Source: an uncultured Phycisphaerales bacterium (GTDB taxonomy: Bacteria; Planctomycetota; Phycisphaerae; Tepidisphaerales; Tepidisphaeraceae). From it: DNA of 64,000 nucleotides. Positions 1 through 13,159 of the stretch are shown in pieces. Position 1 is the stretch's first letter, and the number at the start of each line of letters is the position of its first letter. The stretch spans positions 192,001 to 256,000 of the forward strand of contig CAWJPJ010000006.1 in NCBI GenBank assembly GCA_963844715.1. Reading direction: 5' to 3'. Below the pieces are notes generated by a model. It did not search any database. It saw only the letters and a list, made by a program, of their open reading frames with translations, and was not told the origin of the DNA. The translations under genes and the position numbers were made by a program.

Positions 1-1
1 G

Positions 2-1279
2 ATCCTCTTCGCCATCGGCCTGTTCGTCGCCTCTTCGTTGTTGGCCTCGACGGCGCGCTCGATGCCCGAACTCATTCTGTTCCGCGGCTTGATGGGCCTG
101 GGCGCCGGCGGAATCATGCCCGTCGTCCTGACGATCATCGGCGATATCTTCACCATCGAGGAACGCGCCCGTGTCCAGGGCTTCTTCAGCGCCGTCTGGG
201 GAACCAGCGCTCTGGCCGGTCCCGCACTCGGTTGGTTCCTCGTCACCACCCTCGGCTGGCGATCCGTCTTCTTCGTCAATCTGCCATTCGGTCTGATCGG
301 CTGGCTAGTCCTCGCGCACTTCTATCGCGATCAGGAAAAGCCCCAGTCCGTAGGGCTCGATTTACCCGGTTTCGCGGGCTTGGCCATCGGATTTGGAACC
401 CTTCTGACCCTCGTCTCCCGCCTCGGCCCCGGCGGGTGGCCCTGGACCGTCGCCATCGCCCTGGCCGCGATCACCACCATCGCTTTCATCTTTTATGCCC
501 TGCACGAGCGAGGCTCGCGCGACCCTATTCTTCCCCTCGATTTGCTCCTGGATCGATCCATCGGCCCATCCCTGATCGGCAGCGGCTTGCTGGGCATCGG
601 CTTCCTGAGCCTGGATACCTTTGTCCCCCTGTACGTCCAGGGCGGCCGAGGCGGCGGCGTTGGCGCGGCGGCTAGCGTCGTCTCGCCAGTCATGCTCACC
701 TGGGCGCTCTCCGGCATCTTCTCCGCGCCCCTGGTTGTCATCTGGGGATTTCGCCGCACCTCGTGGCTTGGGTCGAGCCTGATTATCGTCGGATTCACGG
801 GTTTGATCGCCTGCGCCATCACCGGCGCCAGCGGCGCGATTCTCGCCGCCGTGCTCGCGATCACCGGCTTCGGATTTGGGCCCTCCTCGATGGGTTATCT
901 TCTGGCCGCGCAAAACGCCGTGCCTTGGCAGCGGCGTGGTATCGTGACCAGCAGCGTTCATTTCTGCCGAACCGCCGGCGGCGCGCTCGGCATCGGAATT
1001 CTCGGCGCCCTCTTCAACGTGATCACCGGCCCGAAGCTTCGCAACCTGCAAGCCGGCGGAATCAGCCCCGCATCGCTGCTCGATCCTCATACGCGCCAGC
1101 AGATTCCGCCCCAAATCCTGCATACCGCCGCGCAAACTATCGCCGGAGCGCTGTATTGGGTTTTCGCCGTCATGCTCGCGGTGGCGGTCGCCCAATTGAT
1201 CGTCACGTGCTGGATGCCGCGGCGCAAGGCCGACCGTCGCCCCACGGCGCTGGAAGCGGCCGAAGCGATCGTCGCATAG
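2..1279 (+). CDS. MFS drug/metabolite transporter (DHA2/MDR-like), 5' end outside window
   Basis: ORF 38..1279 is open back to the window edge; motifs LILFRGLMGLGAGG, IGDIFTIEERARVQG, GPALG, WRSVFFVNLPFG; many TM segments. Confidence 0.9.
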   Translation: MLFAIGLFVASSLLASTARSMPELILFRGLMGLGAGGIMPVVLTIIGDIFTIEERARVQGFFSAVWGTSALAGPALGWFLVTTLGWRSVFFVNLPFGLIGWLVLAHFYRDQEKPQSVGLDLPGFAGLAIGFGTLLTLVSRLGPGGWPWTVAIALAAITTIAFIFYALHERGSRDPILPLDLLLDRSIGPSLIGSGLLGIGFLSLDTFVPLYVQGGRGGGVGAAASVVSPVMLTWALSGIFSAPLVVIWGFRRTSWLGSSLIIVGFTGLIACAITGASGAILAAVLAITGFGFGPSSMGYLLAAQNAVPWQRRGIVTSSVHFCRTAGGALGIGILGALFNVITGPKLRNLQAGGISPASLLDPHTRQQIPPQILHTAAQTIAGALYWVFAVMLAVAVAQLIVTCWMPRRKADRRPTALEAAEAIVA

Positions 1280-1306
1280 ATTGCTTCAGAATCTCCATTC
1301 GCGAAT

Positions 1307-1597
1307 TCATCGAGGCAGCAAATGCATAATCGATGCGCGGAAATACCAAATCAGGATGCCGAGTACGACCCCGATAAAAAACAGAGGAAGCCGCCGTCGT
1401 CGCGATCTGAATCGCCCCGCGCGCGGGTTCGGTGCATTGGATTTCGCGGGATACCCGCTGGTGACATCCTCAACCCGATGAACCGACATCCCCGCCTGGG
1501 TCGCCTTCCGCTCGGCGGCGGCCTTGCTCTCGGCTTCAAATTCCAACGACATCCGAGCGTCCGTATCCCGATTCTGCCCGATGACGTGATATTTCAT
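1307..1597 (-). CDS. Small hypothetical protein with C-terminal TM helix
   Basis: 96 aa ORF starting 6 nt downstream of the TolC stop; soluble N-terminal domain, basic RRRR then hydrophobic LPLFFIGVVLGILIWYF. Confidence 0.6.
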   Translation of the reverse strand: MKYHVIGQNRDTDARMSLEFEAESKAAAERKATQAGMSVHRVEDVTSGYPAKSNAPNPRAGRFRSRRRRLPLFFIGVVLGILIWYFRASIMHLLPR

Positions 1598-1603
1598 CGC
1601 AAA

Positions 1604-3355
1604 TTAATGCAGCAGCCCCTCGGGGTTGTCCTCGTTGTCCGCCTGCTCCATCAGCACGTTGTTGTATCGCAGCAGAGTCCCCTTGGCGTGCTCGAGCTGG
1701 GCCAGGGCGATATTGTAATTGGCGATCGCCTCCGCCTCCGCCTGCTGGGCTGAGGAGAGCCGCTCCTGCGTGTCCAGCTTCAACTGCACGAACTCGGGCG
1801 TCAGCGGCTCGTTGGCGTCTTCCCGCTCCTGGATCGCCTGCAAGGCCGCCTCGGCGCTGAAGCGCGCCTTGCGGTTTTCGCCGACCAAAATCCAGGTGGT
1901 TTCGACATTTCGAGCCCCTTGCGTCACGTCTACGGCCACCTGTTCGATGGCCGAATCATACTGCTCGATTGCCTGCTGCCGTTGCAGAAGCACGCGGCGA
2001 TAAATCGCCTTCCCCTCGCGATAGCCGATCGGGATGCTCAGTTTGAATCCCACGGTGTAATCGACGTGATGGAAATCGGCATTGCTGGAGATCGCCGCCC
2101 CTTCGCTTGAATCCGCTCCCTGCGGTCCGACCGAACCGACAAAATCCAACTCCGGCAGCAGATTGTTCTCCGCCACCGAAACCGTAACCGTCGCCGCCTG
2201 CACTTTCAGTTGCTGCTCGCCAAGCTCGAAGCGATTTTCCATCGCCGTCTTGATTTCATCATCGATGATAAAGTTCATCGGAACCTCGATCGGCGAATCC
2301 GCCGGCAGGATCACGATCGGCGACGTCACCGGAAACTGCGGATCGCTCATGAGCTGCTTAAGCTGATCCGACAAATCGCTGGCATGCGACTTGAACGACA
2401 CGAGCTGTCCGCGGCGGGATTCCAAAACCGTCTGCGCCTGGGCAACCTGCAATGAGCTGACGTCCAGCCCTTGTTTCATTCGCGTATTCAAAATCTGGTA
2501 GGTCGTCTCGGTTTGCTGAACCAGCGCCGTTTCGGTGCGAATGTCCTCCATCGTTTGCACGAGCTGCCAATACGCCTTTTCGATGTCCAGAGCGTTCTGT
2601 TCGACCGCCTTGCGGAATTCCAGAATGCTTTCCTGTTGCGTCAATCGGCTGATCGTGATCTGCGCCTGGTTGACGTCATATCCAAAATTCCGCAACAACG
2701 GCTGCGTCAATGAGAGCGTCAACTGGCTCGTATAAAACGGATTCAAAACCGTTGTCTGGGGATTAAACCAGTTGTAGGTATTGTCGTATTCAAGCTGGAT
2801 CTGTCCGCCGCTGTTCAGGTTCTGCTGAAGGCCGACTTGTCCCGATCCGGTCTGGGATTCGAACGAGTTGCTGGTAACCGGGAGCAAACCGCCCGAGAAG
2901 CTGTTGAATACCTGCCCGCCGGTCTCTTCATCCTTGGATTGCCACTGCGAATTGAGAAAGAAGCTCGGGTCGAAATGCGCCTGGGCTTCAACCGTTCGAG
3001 CGCCTTCGATCCCCGGCTGATATCCGGCAACCCGAACGTCGTGATTATTCAAAACCGCGCGGTGAATGATCTCCCTGAGGCTCATTCGCACGACGGTCTC
3101 GGCATCGAATCGCGCCATCGCTGTCGGATCGTGCGTCGAACCCGACGAAGCGCCGATCACTGGTGCCTGCCTGGTCGTCGGCAGAGGCACCAGTTGCGGA
3201 TTCAAGTCCTCCGAAGCGTCCATGCGCGTCCGAGGTCTGGAGCATTTTCGGATCGAATGGGCTGACGGGTTCCGCCCCGCATCCCCCCAATCCCCAGGTC
3301 AGCGCAAACTCCCCGTTACCATTCCCGCCAGCACAAGTATTCTGCGCACCATCAT
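1604..3355 (-). CDS. TolC-family outer membrane efflux protein (N-terminus frameshifted)
   Basis: ORF 1604..3223 has OEP features (LREIIHRAVLNNHDVR, LTQPLLRNFG, IEKAYWQL, NLLPELDF, ANYNIALAQLEHAKGTLL); signal-like MMVRRILVLAGMV starts at 3355 in another frame. Confidence 0.88.
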
Positions 3356-3550
3356 GTTTCGCCCGGTTTGAATCCCTTCCGCCTGCGGCACGTCACAAAA
3401 ATTATGCCGTGACCGCGTGTTTTTACCGGGTGAGGCATGACGACACAACCCATCCACCCAAATTACCCCAATTTTTATCTTCAGGCTCAAACTTTTGAAT
3501 CCGGGCCGTGCAGGAGTTGGCGCGGCTTATTTTCGTGATAAACTCCGAGG

Positions 3551-3965
3551 ATGCCGCCGTCCGCAAAGCTTCAGCAGTACGCGATTCTGGATCGCGTCGC
3601 CCGCCGTCGGCGTCTGGCCGATCGAAGCCTATGAATTCGTGCACCTCGGCCTTGCCCACACGGTCAATTCCCTCTACGGCTCAAAATCCCCCCGCCCCGG
3701 CCCGCGCAGCCCCGCCACGTCTCCGGCCAGGAACTATGCTGGGGCCTGCGCAACTATGCGCACTCAGCGGTGGGGCATGCTTGCCCTGCCCGTCCTGAAC
3801 CGGTGGGACATCCGTACTACGCTCGATTTTGGCCGCATCGTCTTCAGCCTGGTCGAGCATGGCCTGCTTGCCGTCACGCCGGAGGACAATCTGGAGGATT
3901 TCCGCGGCGTTTACAACTTCAAATCCGCTCTCGGATCCGGATATTGCATTCGCCCCCAGATATGA
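3551..3965 (+). CDS. Minf_1886-family Planctomycete/Verrucomicrobia conserved protein (frameshifted)
   Basis: Motifs EAYEFVHLGL, RHVSGQELC (alternate frame), WGMLALPVLNRWDIRTTLDFGRIVFSLVEHGLL, EDNLEDF. Confidence 0.75.
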
Positions 3966-4112
3966 GCCGCCCAAGGCCGGCCAAAGAGGCTGATTCGCGC
4001 ACGCACCGCCTTCCCCGTCTTCAAAACCCATTCGACGATTGCGCCCCCATCGCCGCTTGTTCTTCTGGCTCTGCGTCGCCTACGCCGTTTGGATCGCGGC
4101 CCTGGTTATTCT

Positions 4113-5313
4113 TTATTTTGTAACCGTATATCCATTGCGGCATCCATCGTCCGGTACCCGCCCGGGGGCGTCCGATCTGCCCAGCGCGCCCCGGTAGTCA
4201 AACGCATGAGCCGAAATGCAGAGGATCAATTCCCCAAGCACCGTCCACAGCCGAAGCAGTACGCTTAGAAACGATAGAAATAATTTGAACGCCCCCTCGG
4301 TATGGAATTCGTGATGGATCGATTCTGGCAGTGCGAATTTCAACGTAGCCACGAAGACGATCTCGCGCACCCCGATTCCCCCCGGCGCCCATACTGCGAG
4401 AAATCCCGCGCACCAAGCAAGGCAGTAAGCCGAGACAACAAGAACAATCCCGTCAAATCCGATATTCAGCGCGTTCGGCTGGCACATGAGAATCCAAATC
4501 GCCAAACCCTGCCAGCAAAGTCCCAGCAGCGACCACCCCAACAATCCGACGAGTCCCGGGCCGCTCACGCGCGATTCCAGCGGCGGCTTTTTTATCCACC
4601 GCAAAACGGTATTGATCACGCCGTAGAAAACCGGCGGATAAAGCAAAACCAGCAGCAGGGGGGCGAGCCCGCACGCCGCCCACAGCCAGGCATGGGTCGG
4701 CGAGTCGCCTTGCGCCGCGATTTCCGCCGCATACCACGGCAAACCGCCCAGCGCAATCAGCAGATTCGCCAGCAAGAAAATCGTCAATTCCAAAACCTGG
4801 CTCGCCGACGATGTCGCCCCGGAAATTCCGTACGGCCGCGCCAAGATAAGCCCGCCCGACCACCTGCCAGATCGCACCAGGCAGATACCGCGCTAATTCC
4901 GACGTAGACCAGATTCGCGTCGCCGTCGCCAGCGGGAGCTTATGCCCCATTGACTCGACGATTTTCCGCCACGAAACCACCCGGAAGACCAGCAGGAAAA
5001 TGCTGAACATCACCGACGCCAGCAAAAACCGCGGGAAACTCGTGTGCATCACCCGCTCATGCACATCCGGCCAGCGATGGATAATCGGCTTGAACATCCA
5101 GCCGAGAATCGCGGCCGTGATCACCGATCCGACGATCACCTTCCGTCGCCGCCGCCAGAACGAAACGGCGTCGCCAATCCCTGGCCGGCTGATCTGCAGG
5201 ATTCCCTCACTCCCGTCCGCCGAACGCGGCCCGCGATGCTTGGCTCGCGGCGGCAGGAGATTGATTCCATGACTCCGCAACCACGGCCGAATCCGCCGGC
5301 GAATCCCCGGCAC
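4113..5313 (-). CDS. Lysylphosphatidylglycerol-synthase TM / flippase-like membrane protein (frameshifted, start uncertain)
   Basis: ELARYLPGAIWQVVGR in ORF 4453..5313 continues into AWCAGFLAVWAPGGIGVRE in ORF 4113..4877. Confidence 0.8.
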
Positions 5314-5862
5314 AAAGCCGCATCCCGTAATTGATCGCCCGCAACACCCAATATGAACCCACCCAAGTCACCACCACGCCCACCAGGTACGCCGCCGCCA
5401 TCCCCGCAGCGCCGATAGTTCCTCGCCAGGGACAGAACCTGCGGCTGACGCGATTCGACCCAAGCCAGAATCGGAGGAAAAAACGGCGGGAGCAACACGC
5501 GCCAGTACCGTTCGCCACCAGCGCACTTGCACCGATTCGATTTGAACCGGAATCCCGCGCAATACCCGGCTGGTAAGACTTCGCTTCCCCGGCAGCGTAA
5601 CCAGCGCAAACCCAATCAAAAACATCGGCAAACCCAGCGGCCCCGGAAAAAGACCCGCCACCGGAACCGCCATCAAAATGAAAACCCAGCCAATGAGGTT
5701 CTTGATCAGGATCCAGGAATACGTGCGCAAAGAACGTGCCGATATCGACCGATCGGCCCCAAGCGCCCTGATGTGAGATGGGATTTTTGGACACCAGGAA
5801 GGGATTCTAACCAACCGCGGCCCCGAATCGAGCATCGGACTTCCCCAGGAACCGCAAAGCAA
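5270..5862 (-). CDS. Hypothetical membrane protein, PGPGW-like (frameshifted, ends uncertain)
   Basis: KNLIGWVFILMAVPVAGLFPGPLGLPMFLIGFALVTLPGKR in ORF 5368..5862; further TM segment in ORF 5207..5794. Confidence 0.5.
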
Positions 5863-6916
5863 GGTTTCTCAGGGCCGGCACCGCCTCGGCTGCCAGGACC
5901 GTGAACGCCGCCGCATCCGGATGAGAAATGAGAATCCCCATCAGCCGGCAAGCCGCGCCGGCACGCGCCACATCCCCGCGAGCCTGCGGCGAAGCACGTC
6001 CACATCCTCGCCCTGGCCCGAAAATTTCGCGTCGATCCATTCAGCCGCGCCACGCAGCGCTCCGCATTGCCAGCCCCATCCCCTCGCCGCCAATCGGCTC
6101 AAGGGCCGCCGCCGCATTCCCGACCGGAATGACATTGACCGGCCAGCGCTTCTCAACCCCAAATCGCGGCAGCGGCGACGCCAGCCAATCGCCAGTTCGC
6201 TTCGCCCCGCCAATCGTTTCTTCAACATCGGATTTTGCTTAATGACGTCGCCCATCAAGTATTCGAGATCTCCCCCATACGCCGCCGCCAACCGAGCCGG
6301 CACGCTGAAAGCCGCGTTCCATCCCCCATCTTCGACCGGCACCAGTCCCCCGTAGTGCCCATCGACGCCAAACAGCTCAATCGAATCGGCCGGTCCGTCC
6401 ACATCATAAAACGAAGCCTTAATTCCCAAGCTACCGGTGCGCCCCGTGGCTTTCCCGTCGGCGACAATCACACTGCCACATTCCAACTCGGTCACCCGAT
6501 TGGTCGCCAGATCGCGCACTTTCACCCGCGGCCGATCCCCGGATTCAACCCCCTCGCACCGGCAGGGCTGCAAAATGTCCGCTCCGGACTCCGCCGCGAT
6601 ATCCAATAATTCCCGATCCAATCTAAATCGCGATATGCCCCACATCGCGCGCGGAAGCGCCAGCTGCGCCGAATTCCCGTCCGGCGAATGCAGTATCGTC
6701 CGTTTCAAAACAGCCGGGCCGAGAGCTGCGATTCGTTCGCCGAGGCCAAGTTCCCGCAAAACGTCGATCCCCAGCGCACTCAAACATTCCCCGCAAACCT
6801 TTTGCGCGCGGAAACCGATGTTGCTCGATAAGAACCACATCCCGGCCGCGCCTCGCCAGATAAATGGCCGCAATGCTCCCCGCCGGACCGGCGCCGATGA
6901 TGATCACCTCGGGCAT
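5807..6916 (-). CDS. FAD-dependent oxidoreductase (geranylgeranyl reductase/monooxygenase-like), frameshifted
   Basis: VIIIGAGPAGS Rossmann motif, KVCGECLS, ISRFRLDRELL, VIVADG, and GNAAAALEPIGGEGMG in a shifted frame. Confidence 0.85.
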
Positions 6917-6934
6917 GAGACGATTGTAGGGCGA

Positions 6935-8478
6935 TTACTTCCCGGCAGTAGCGATTCCGCCGCTCACTTCCGGATTCCATCCGTCTCCCAGCACCCAACC
7001 GGGATCGCTGTATTGCTTGATCGTGGCTGAATCCGCCGGCTCCCGCAGCACCTTCGACACCGCCAGCCGCTGGCTTTCGTCGATGGGATTGCCGGATTCA
7101 TCTTGGCTGTCAAATTCCCAAAAATGAAGATTCGCCACATTCGCCGCCGTAAGCGGCGGGGGGGTGGCGCGGGATGAATCGTCGTCTTCGGGGGGCTCAG
7201 CAGATATCCCACCGGCAAAACCGTCTTGCCCATCGTGCAATCCAGAAACGCTACTTCGCTATAAGGATACGCCCGCGGATCGACACGCGTCAGATAGCTC
7301 GGCGTGACGTCATTCGGCCCATCCAGCAGGCAATGATGGAACACAAAGCCGTGATTGAATTGCGTGTTTCGCACCTGCGTGTAATACGCCAGATTTCGAG
7401 TCTCCCGAAGATGGCAGTTCTGGAAATAGCAGGGCCCGATGCCCCACACGAAATCCACGTCTCCCTCGATGTAGCAATTCGAGATGTACGCCTGCCCGTT
7501 CGCCTGAAGCGTGTCTTTGGTGCTATAAAGGTCGAGGTCCGTCAGAATCGCGCGAGCCGTCACGCTTCCGACAAGAATAACCGTCTCCGCCTGCGAGCCT
7601 CCGCGCAGGCGTGGTGTTCCGTATCGTCAAATTGGACAAATGGAAATCGTCGCAATGCGCTGCCGTCAGAACCCCCCGGCGATAGTCCTTCATGTCCGGC
7701 TTTTGCGACATCCTGTCGTTGTTCAAATAGGTCAGAATCGTCTGCTTGCGATCCTCCCCCCGGATCGTGATCGCGTGCTTCTTGGAGATGCAAATGATCC
7801 CCGTGTAGGTTCCCTTTCTCACCAAGATCGTCGTTGGAATTCGGTTCTTCGCCGGAATGAAATCCACGGCCCCCTGCACCGTGCAAAAATCCCCCGATCC
7901 GTCCGCCGCCACGACCAGCTTCGTCGTCCCCGCCGCCGGTCCGGCGGCGCCGCGTATCGAAAGACCAATCCTTCGCGCCGAAAATCCCGCCCAGTCATTG
8001 GCACTTTTGAAAACGCCCGGATCAATCGTGAGGTAATAGCTCTTTCCGTAACTCAGGCTCTGGTTCCGCGGATAGACGTCCGCTTCATTCCCGCTAATGA
8101 TGACCGGGAAATACGTGAATCGATCCATCCCGCCGATCGACTGAATAGCCGTTTTCTGGCTTACGTCGATCGTCTCGACGACCTGATTCGTCGAGGCGTC
8201 GAAAATCTGAATCTTCCCCCATCCCCTAGAACAGGCGGGGATGAAAACGTGATCGTCAGCGGCGAATCGATGCATACCCCCATCGCGCCCGCCGCGGGGG
8301 ACAGACCGATCAAAGTCAGGTCACTAGGCCGCGTTTGCCCAAACAGCGCGGTCCCCGCGCCATTTAAGACAATCAAAAAAGCCAAAAGAATTAGTAGTTT
8401 TGGTAGGTCAGACTTGCGTTGAACGTAGTGAACCTTCGGGCCGCTTACGAGCGGTCTGGCCATAACGGTCAACTCCAA
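6935..8478 (-). CDS. Secreted pectinesterase (CE8) with N-terminal Ig-like domain, frameshifted
   Basis: VVAADGSGDFCTVQGAVD, ILVRKGTY, DTLQANG, CYIEGDVDFVWG across ORFs 8161..8478, 7523..8275, 6964..7563, 6935..7240. Confidence 0.85.
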
Positions 8479-8524
8479 CCGCTATCTTACCCTAAACCTG
8501 CGAATCGGCCAAACCTGGTGCAAT

Positions 8525-11135
8525 TTAAGTTGCCACGCATCCTGCCGTGAAGTTGGCAACCACCTGGGCGTACGTCAGCGTCGCGTACCCGGAGCCGCTT
8601 TCCAGCGAATCACCGGAAACGCCCCAGGGGTTGCGCACGATGTAGTGGTTCACGCCGTTGCTGTCACGATAGACGCTGACCAGCGTGTATGCGTGATCGC
8701 TGACCAGATTCGGAGCACTCCCGCTTGTCGCCAGGGTGACCGGATCGTCGTTCCCCAGCGCGGTGGTCAGGAGGCTGTAAAGGGCGTTGTCCGAATAAGC
8801 CGACGGCGTAAAGGCCGACGAAGAGACGTTCAAATCGGAGTACACCTCGCCCATCCAACCCGCGTTGATCGAGTTGTACGTGTTGGCTCCGGTTCGGAAG
8901 TAGGCGAACGCCTTCTCCATCACCGGCGCCCAGATATCCCCATCCGAACCGGGATGGGCATACAGATAACCATTGAACGGCCCCGTGGAGAACGAGTCGC
9001 TCACGCGCACATAAACCGGCGTGCCGTTGGAATAGAACTCCACCACGGATGTCCCGTCGCCCATGTCGACGGCCATTTGCCGCAGCGCCTGCGGCTGCAC
9101 GCCCGCGAACGCCGCCAGCGTCGAGAGGAAGTAGCAGTCGCCGACTTCCCCTTGATTGACGTCGCCTGCGACCGGCCCGGTGCCCCACAGCGAGGCATTG
9201 ACCGCCATCACCGTGCCGGCGTCCTTCGGGTTCGCCAGTGCCGCGCCCAGGGCTTTGCTCACGCCGCCGGCAAAGCTGGCGACCTTGTGAACCGTTCCGG
9301 TTCCCGTAAAGCTGTCCGTGGTGTTGCACCAGATGCTCACGTCGCTACCGGCGCTGGTGATCTGCGCTGACCGCCCTCGAGGGTATCGACAGTCGTGAAG
9401 GCGTTGACCGATTTGTCCACATCGATCGCGTCCAGCCCGCCGCGCGTGTAGATGAACACGCCCGCCGCCGGATCCGCCTCGCTGAACATCTGCCCATCGG
9501 CATCCACCGTCAAAGTGTTGCCGCTCTGGAACAGCGAAACCGTATCTGACCCGCCGGAAGCCGTAATAACCAGCTCATCCGTGTATTCGATTGTGATCGT
9601 TACGCCATCGACCGGCGTCACAATCTTCGCCGAAGCGCATGGCCGCGCTGTTCGCAACCGCCCCAACCGCCTCGACACGATAGTAATAGGTCGTCCCCGG
9701 CGCGACGGTCGTGTCCACGTAGCTGTTCGCGCTTACGCCCGAAAGCGTGGCGATCGTCGTCCAGGTGGAATTGTTCAGCGAACGCTGCACCAGATACCCG
9801 GTCGCGCTCGTGTCCTTGTCCGTCCAGGTCAGTTTCACGGTTCCGTCCTGCGTGGTCCCGGCCAAGTTGATCGGCGCAACCAGAGGCGTCGTGACCGCGA
9901 CAGCCGTGCTCGCCGCGCTCACCACCGACCCGCTGAACGCCTCGATTTCATATTGATATTGATGCCCGGACGTCACCATTGAATCGGTATACGAGGTGGT
10001 CTTCAGGCCGTTGACGGTTGCGATCTTCGTGAAATGCACCCCGTCGGTCGCGCGAAGAATGTAATACCCCAGGCTGTCCGCGTCGTTATTCGTCCAGGAC
10101 AGCAGAACGCTCGTCGGATTCGCCACGAAAGCGACGGCTGTCGGATGCGCCAGCGTCGTCGTCGCGCTCGCGGCTGCCGACGCAGCGGAAGTCATGCTCC
10201 CGCTGACCGCTTCGATCTCATATTGATACGCGTGCGCCGACGCCACCGTGTTGTCGGTATAGCTCGTGGCGCGTGCCGCTGCTCAGCGTCCCAATTTTCG
10301 TGAAATGGACGCCATCGGTCGCGCGGAGCACGATATAGCTCGTCGCGTGGGAATCATTGTCCTTCCAGGTGATCAGCACGCTGGTCGGCGACTGCGCACT
10401 GGCAGCCGCGGCCGTCGGCGCGATCAGCGGGGTCGTGGCGCTAACGGTGTTCGAAACCGCCGAAGTCGCCGCGGCGCCGTACGCCTCGACTTCATAACTG
10501 TACGTCGTATCCGAAGAAACTGTGCTGTCGGTGTATGTGGTCGTTCCGGCCGAAGTGACCTGGCCGACCTTCGTGTACGTTCCCCCGTTTGTCGCCCGTA
10601 GAATGTAATACCCGACAGTCGTCGTGTCTTTATTCGTCCACGTCAACTTCACCGATGTCGGGCTAATGACCGTGGCTGCCAGCCCGGTCGGGGTGACCAT
10701 GGGAGTCGTCACAGCCGCCACATTGGACGGCGTCGCCGTCACCTTGCTGGAATAACCCTCGACTTCGTAATCGTAAGTGTGGTTCGAGAGAACCGTATTA
10801 TCGGTATAGGTCCGCGTCGCGCCATTGGCGATCGTCGCGATGGTGCTGAAATGCGTTCCGTCCGTGGAGCGAAGAACATAGTAGCCGGATTCAGCCGTGG
10901 TATCCGTCCAGTTCAACGCCACGCTGGTCGGGGCGAGGGCATGCGCCATGACGGCCGAAAGCATCGTCCGCGGTTCCAGGCCTTCGAACATGCAAGCCTC
11001 GCGCACCTTCTGCTGGGCGGGCGACCGCTTGATGATCATCTTCCAGATTTTTCGCCAGTGCGTCTTCGACAACCCGCTGGCTCGGCGCATGCTGAATCCC
11101 ATTTTCTCTATCCTCCGCTCGAATATCGGATTCAT
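8525..11135 (-). CDS. Extracellular protein: LEPR leader + five fibronectin type III repeats + C-terminal calpain-like (peptidase C2) cysteine protease, frameshifted
   Basis: FEGLEPRTMLS motif; five ~90 aa repeats with SVxLxW..Y.(I/V)LR..Y.D..Y.Y.(I/V)EA; catalytic QGEVGDCYFLSTLA, DHAYTL, VRNPWG. Confidence 0.85.
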
Positions 11136-11235
11136 TGGAAACGGGGTGCAAATAACGGTTTTGTTGAACCGGCAAGAAAGTGCGGTTTTATGGGCGAACG
11201 ATTATCGTCCGGTGGGAAAGTTCAGCGTGTGACGG

Positions 11236-13148
11236 TTATTCCGGCGGATTTCCGCCCTCGGGAATATCCGGACCGCAATAAGGTCCCGATTCCCGCTCCA
11301 TCGCCTGCATCACCGAAATCTTCGGCGGGGCAAATCGCTGCAAATCCGATTTGAAAAACAGATGAAACAGCGTCAGTTGCTGCCCGGGGAGCTTCTGCCG
11401 CCGCGAATGCTCGGATTGATCGATCGTCTGCACCGCCCCCAGCGTTTGCAACGCCGCCTGATCGTACATCCTGGCCACTATATAAACGTCCCCGCCAGTG
11501 ATTTCGGTGCTCCGCAGATAAGAGAGGTTATGCAGCATCAAGGTCGATGAGCGGAGATAAAACTGATCCCGGAAGAAATCGAGCGGCCCGACCGCCCCGT
11601 CTATGGCAAGCAATTTTGAACCTGGCACTTCTCCGTTCACGCGCCGGAGGAATTGCGTGTCGTCCACCGTTTCATCCGGCCAGTTCGATTGCCCCCAACT
11701 GTACGAAAACCCAACGCCCACAATCACCGCCGCAAACAACCACGCCGGTTTCTGCTTCGCCAGTCCTCGATAGTAAATCCCGACGCAAACCAATATCGCC
11801 CCCAGCAGCACCGCCGCCCAGATCGGCGATCCCGGAACCTTCCCCAGAATCATCAGAATCGTAAACGCGATGATCAGCGGATATCGAACAAAATAAGTTC
11901 CAAACTCCACCCTCCGGGACCATGCCGGACCGCTGAACAAGAACTGCCCAATCCGCGGCAAAGCCACTGCCGCCAATATCGCCCAAGGGGCAAGGCTCGG
12001 AACGAGATAATGATGATGCTTCCGATGCGGAATCGACAGAATCAAAATCGGTACGATTGCCCAGCACCACAAAAACCGCTTGACCCGATCCCCTTCCTTA
12101 AACGCTCCGCGCACCGTCAAGACCAGCCCCACGATAGCGGCGGGGGACCAGGGCATACTCACGCCCAAAAGTTGCGGAACGTAATACCAAAACGGCTGAT
12201 CGAACGTGTTGGTGTCCGAAAAATCATATTTCAGATTCTTCAAATATTCCGGATACCGAATCCCCACCGCGATATGCCACCACAGCGCCAGCGCGAGAAC
12301 ATCAGCCAACCCCACACCCCCACATACCGCCGCATCCTCTTCCAATCCTTTTGCCAAACCAGATAAACCCCGAGCGTCCCCGCGACCACAATCGCCCCCA
12401 CCAGCGGCCCCTTGGCCATGTTGCTCAGCCCCATCGCCAAAAAAAACGCCACCACCGGCCAAGGCCGCCCGGACACAATCCCCAGCCGCGTGTCCGTCAC
12501 GTCCGGATCAATAAAAAACTCCATCCAGACGAATAGCAGAATCGACCCGACAACCAGCACAGCCAGAAAAATGTCATCTTCGGAAAGAGTCGAGTAATAA
12601 TAAAACTCGTACATCGTCGCCAAACAGAACCCCGCCAGCAGCCCGGTCGATCTCCCGAACCATTTCCCGGCCAGCGTCGCGGTCATTAGCACCACCAGCA
12701 ATCCCATCACCGCCGGCGGAATTCGCACCGACCATTCCGTATCGCAATGCTGCCCCATAACCCCGCAAACCCGATCATGATCCAATGCGGCAGCGGCGGC
12801 CTCTCCAGCCACGGCCACGCCGCTATGCGGCACCAGATAATCCCCCGTCTGCATCATCTCCCGAGAAAGCTGCGGCAGCCGCGCCTCATGCATCGTCATC
12901 GGCCGCCCGCTCACCGCCACGTAGCCGAACAAAAGCGCACAAAAGACCGCCAGCAAGAGGTAGTCCCTTACTCTTAGGCCGCAAACCGCGGCAGGCGGCG
13001 GCGCTTCCAATGACGAATGACGAATGACTAGTGACGAATCAATGACCGAATGACCCAATGTTGAAGCGGCATTCGCGTCATTGGAATTTGATTCGTCATT
13101 CGTCATTCGAATTTCGTCATTTTGCAAACGCCTCCGCAGTATACTCAA
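11236..13148 (-). CDS. ArnT/PMT-like GT-C glycosyltransferase, frameshifted
   Basis: HEARLPQLSREMMQTGDYLVP, EWSVRIP, MAKGPLVG, QPFWYYVPQL, PWSP, KHHHYLVP; multi-TM. Confidence 0.85.
13008..13121. repeat. Inverted pair of heptamer arrays (GAATGAC / GTCATTC type)
   Basis: aatgacgaatgacgaatgac...aatgaccgaatgac followed by gtcattggaatttgattcgtcattcgtcattcgaatttcgtcatt. Confidence 0.8.
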
Positions 13149-13159
13149 GCCCCCGCTCT

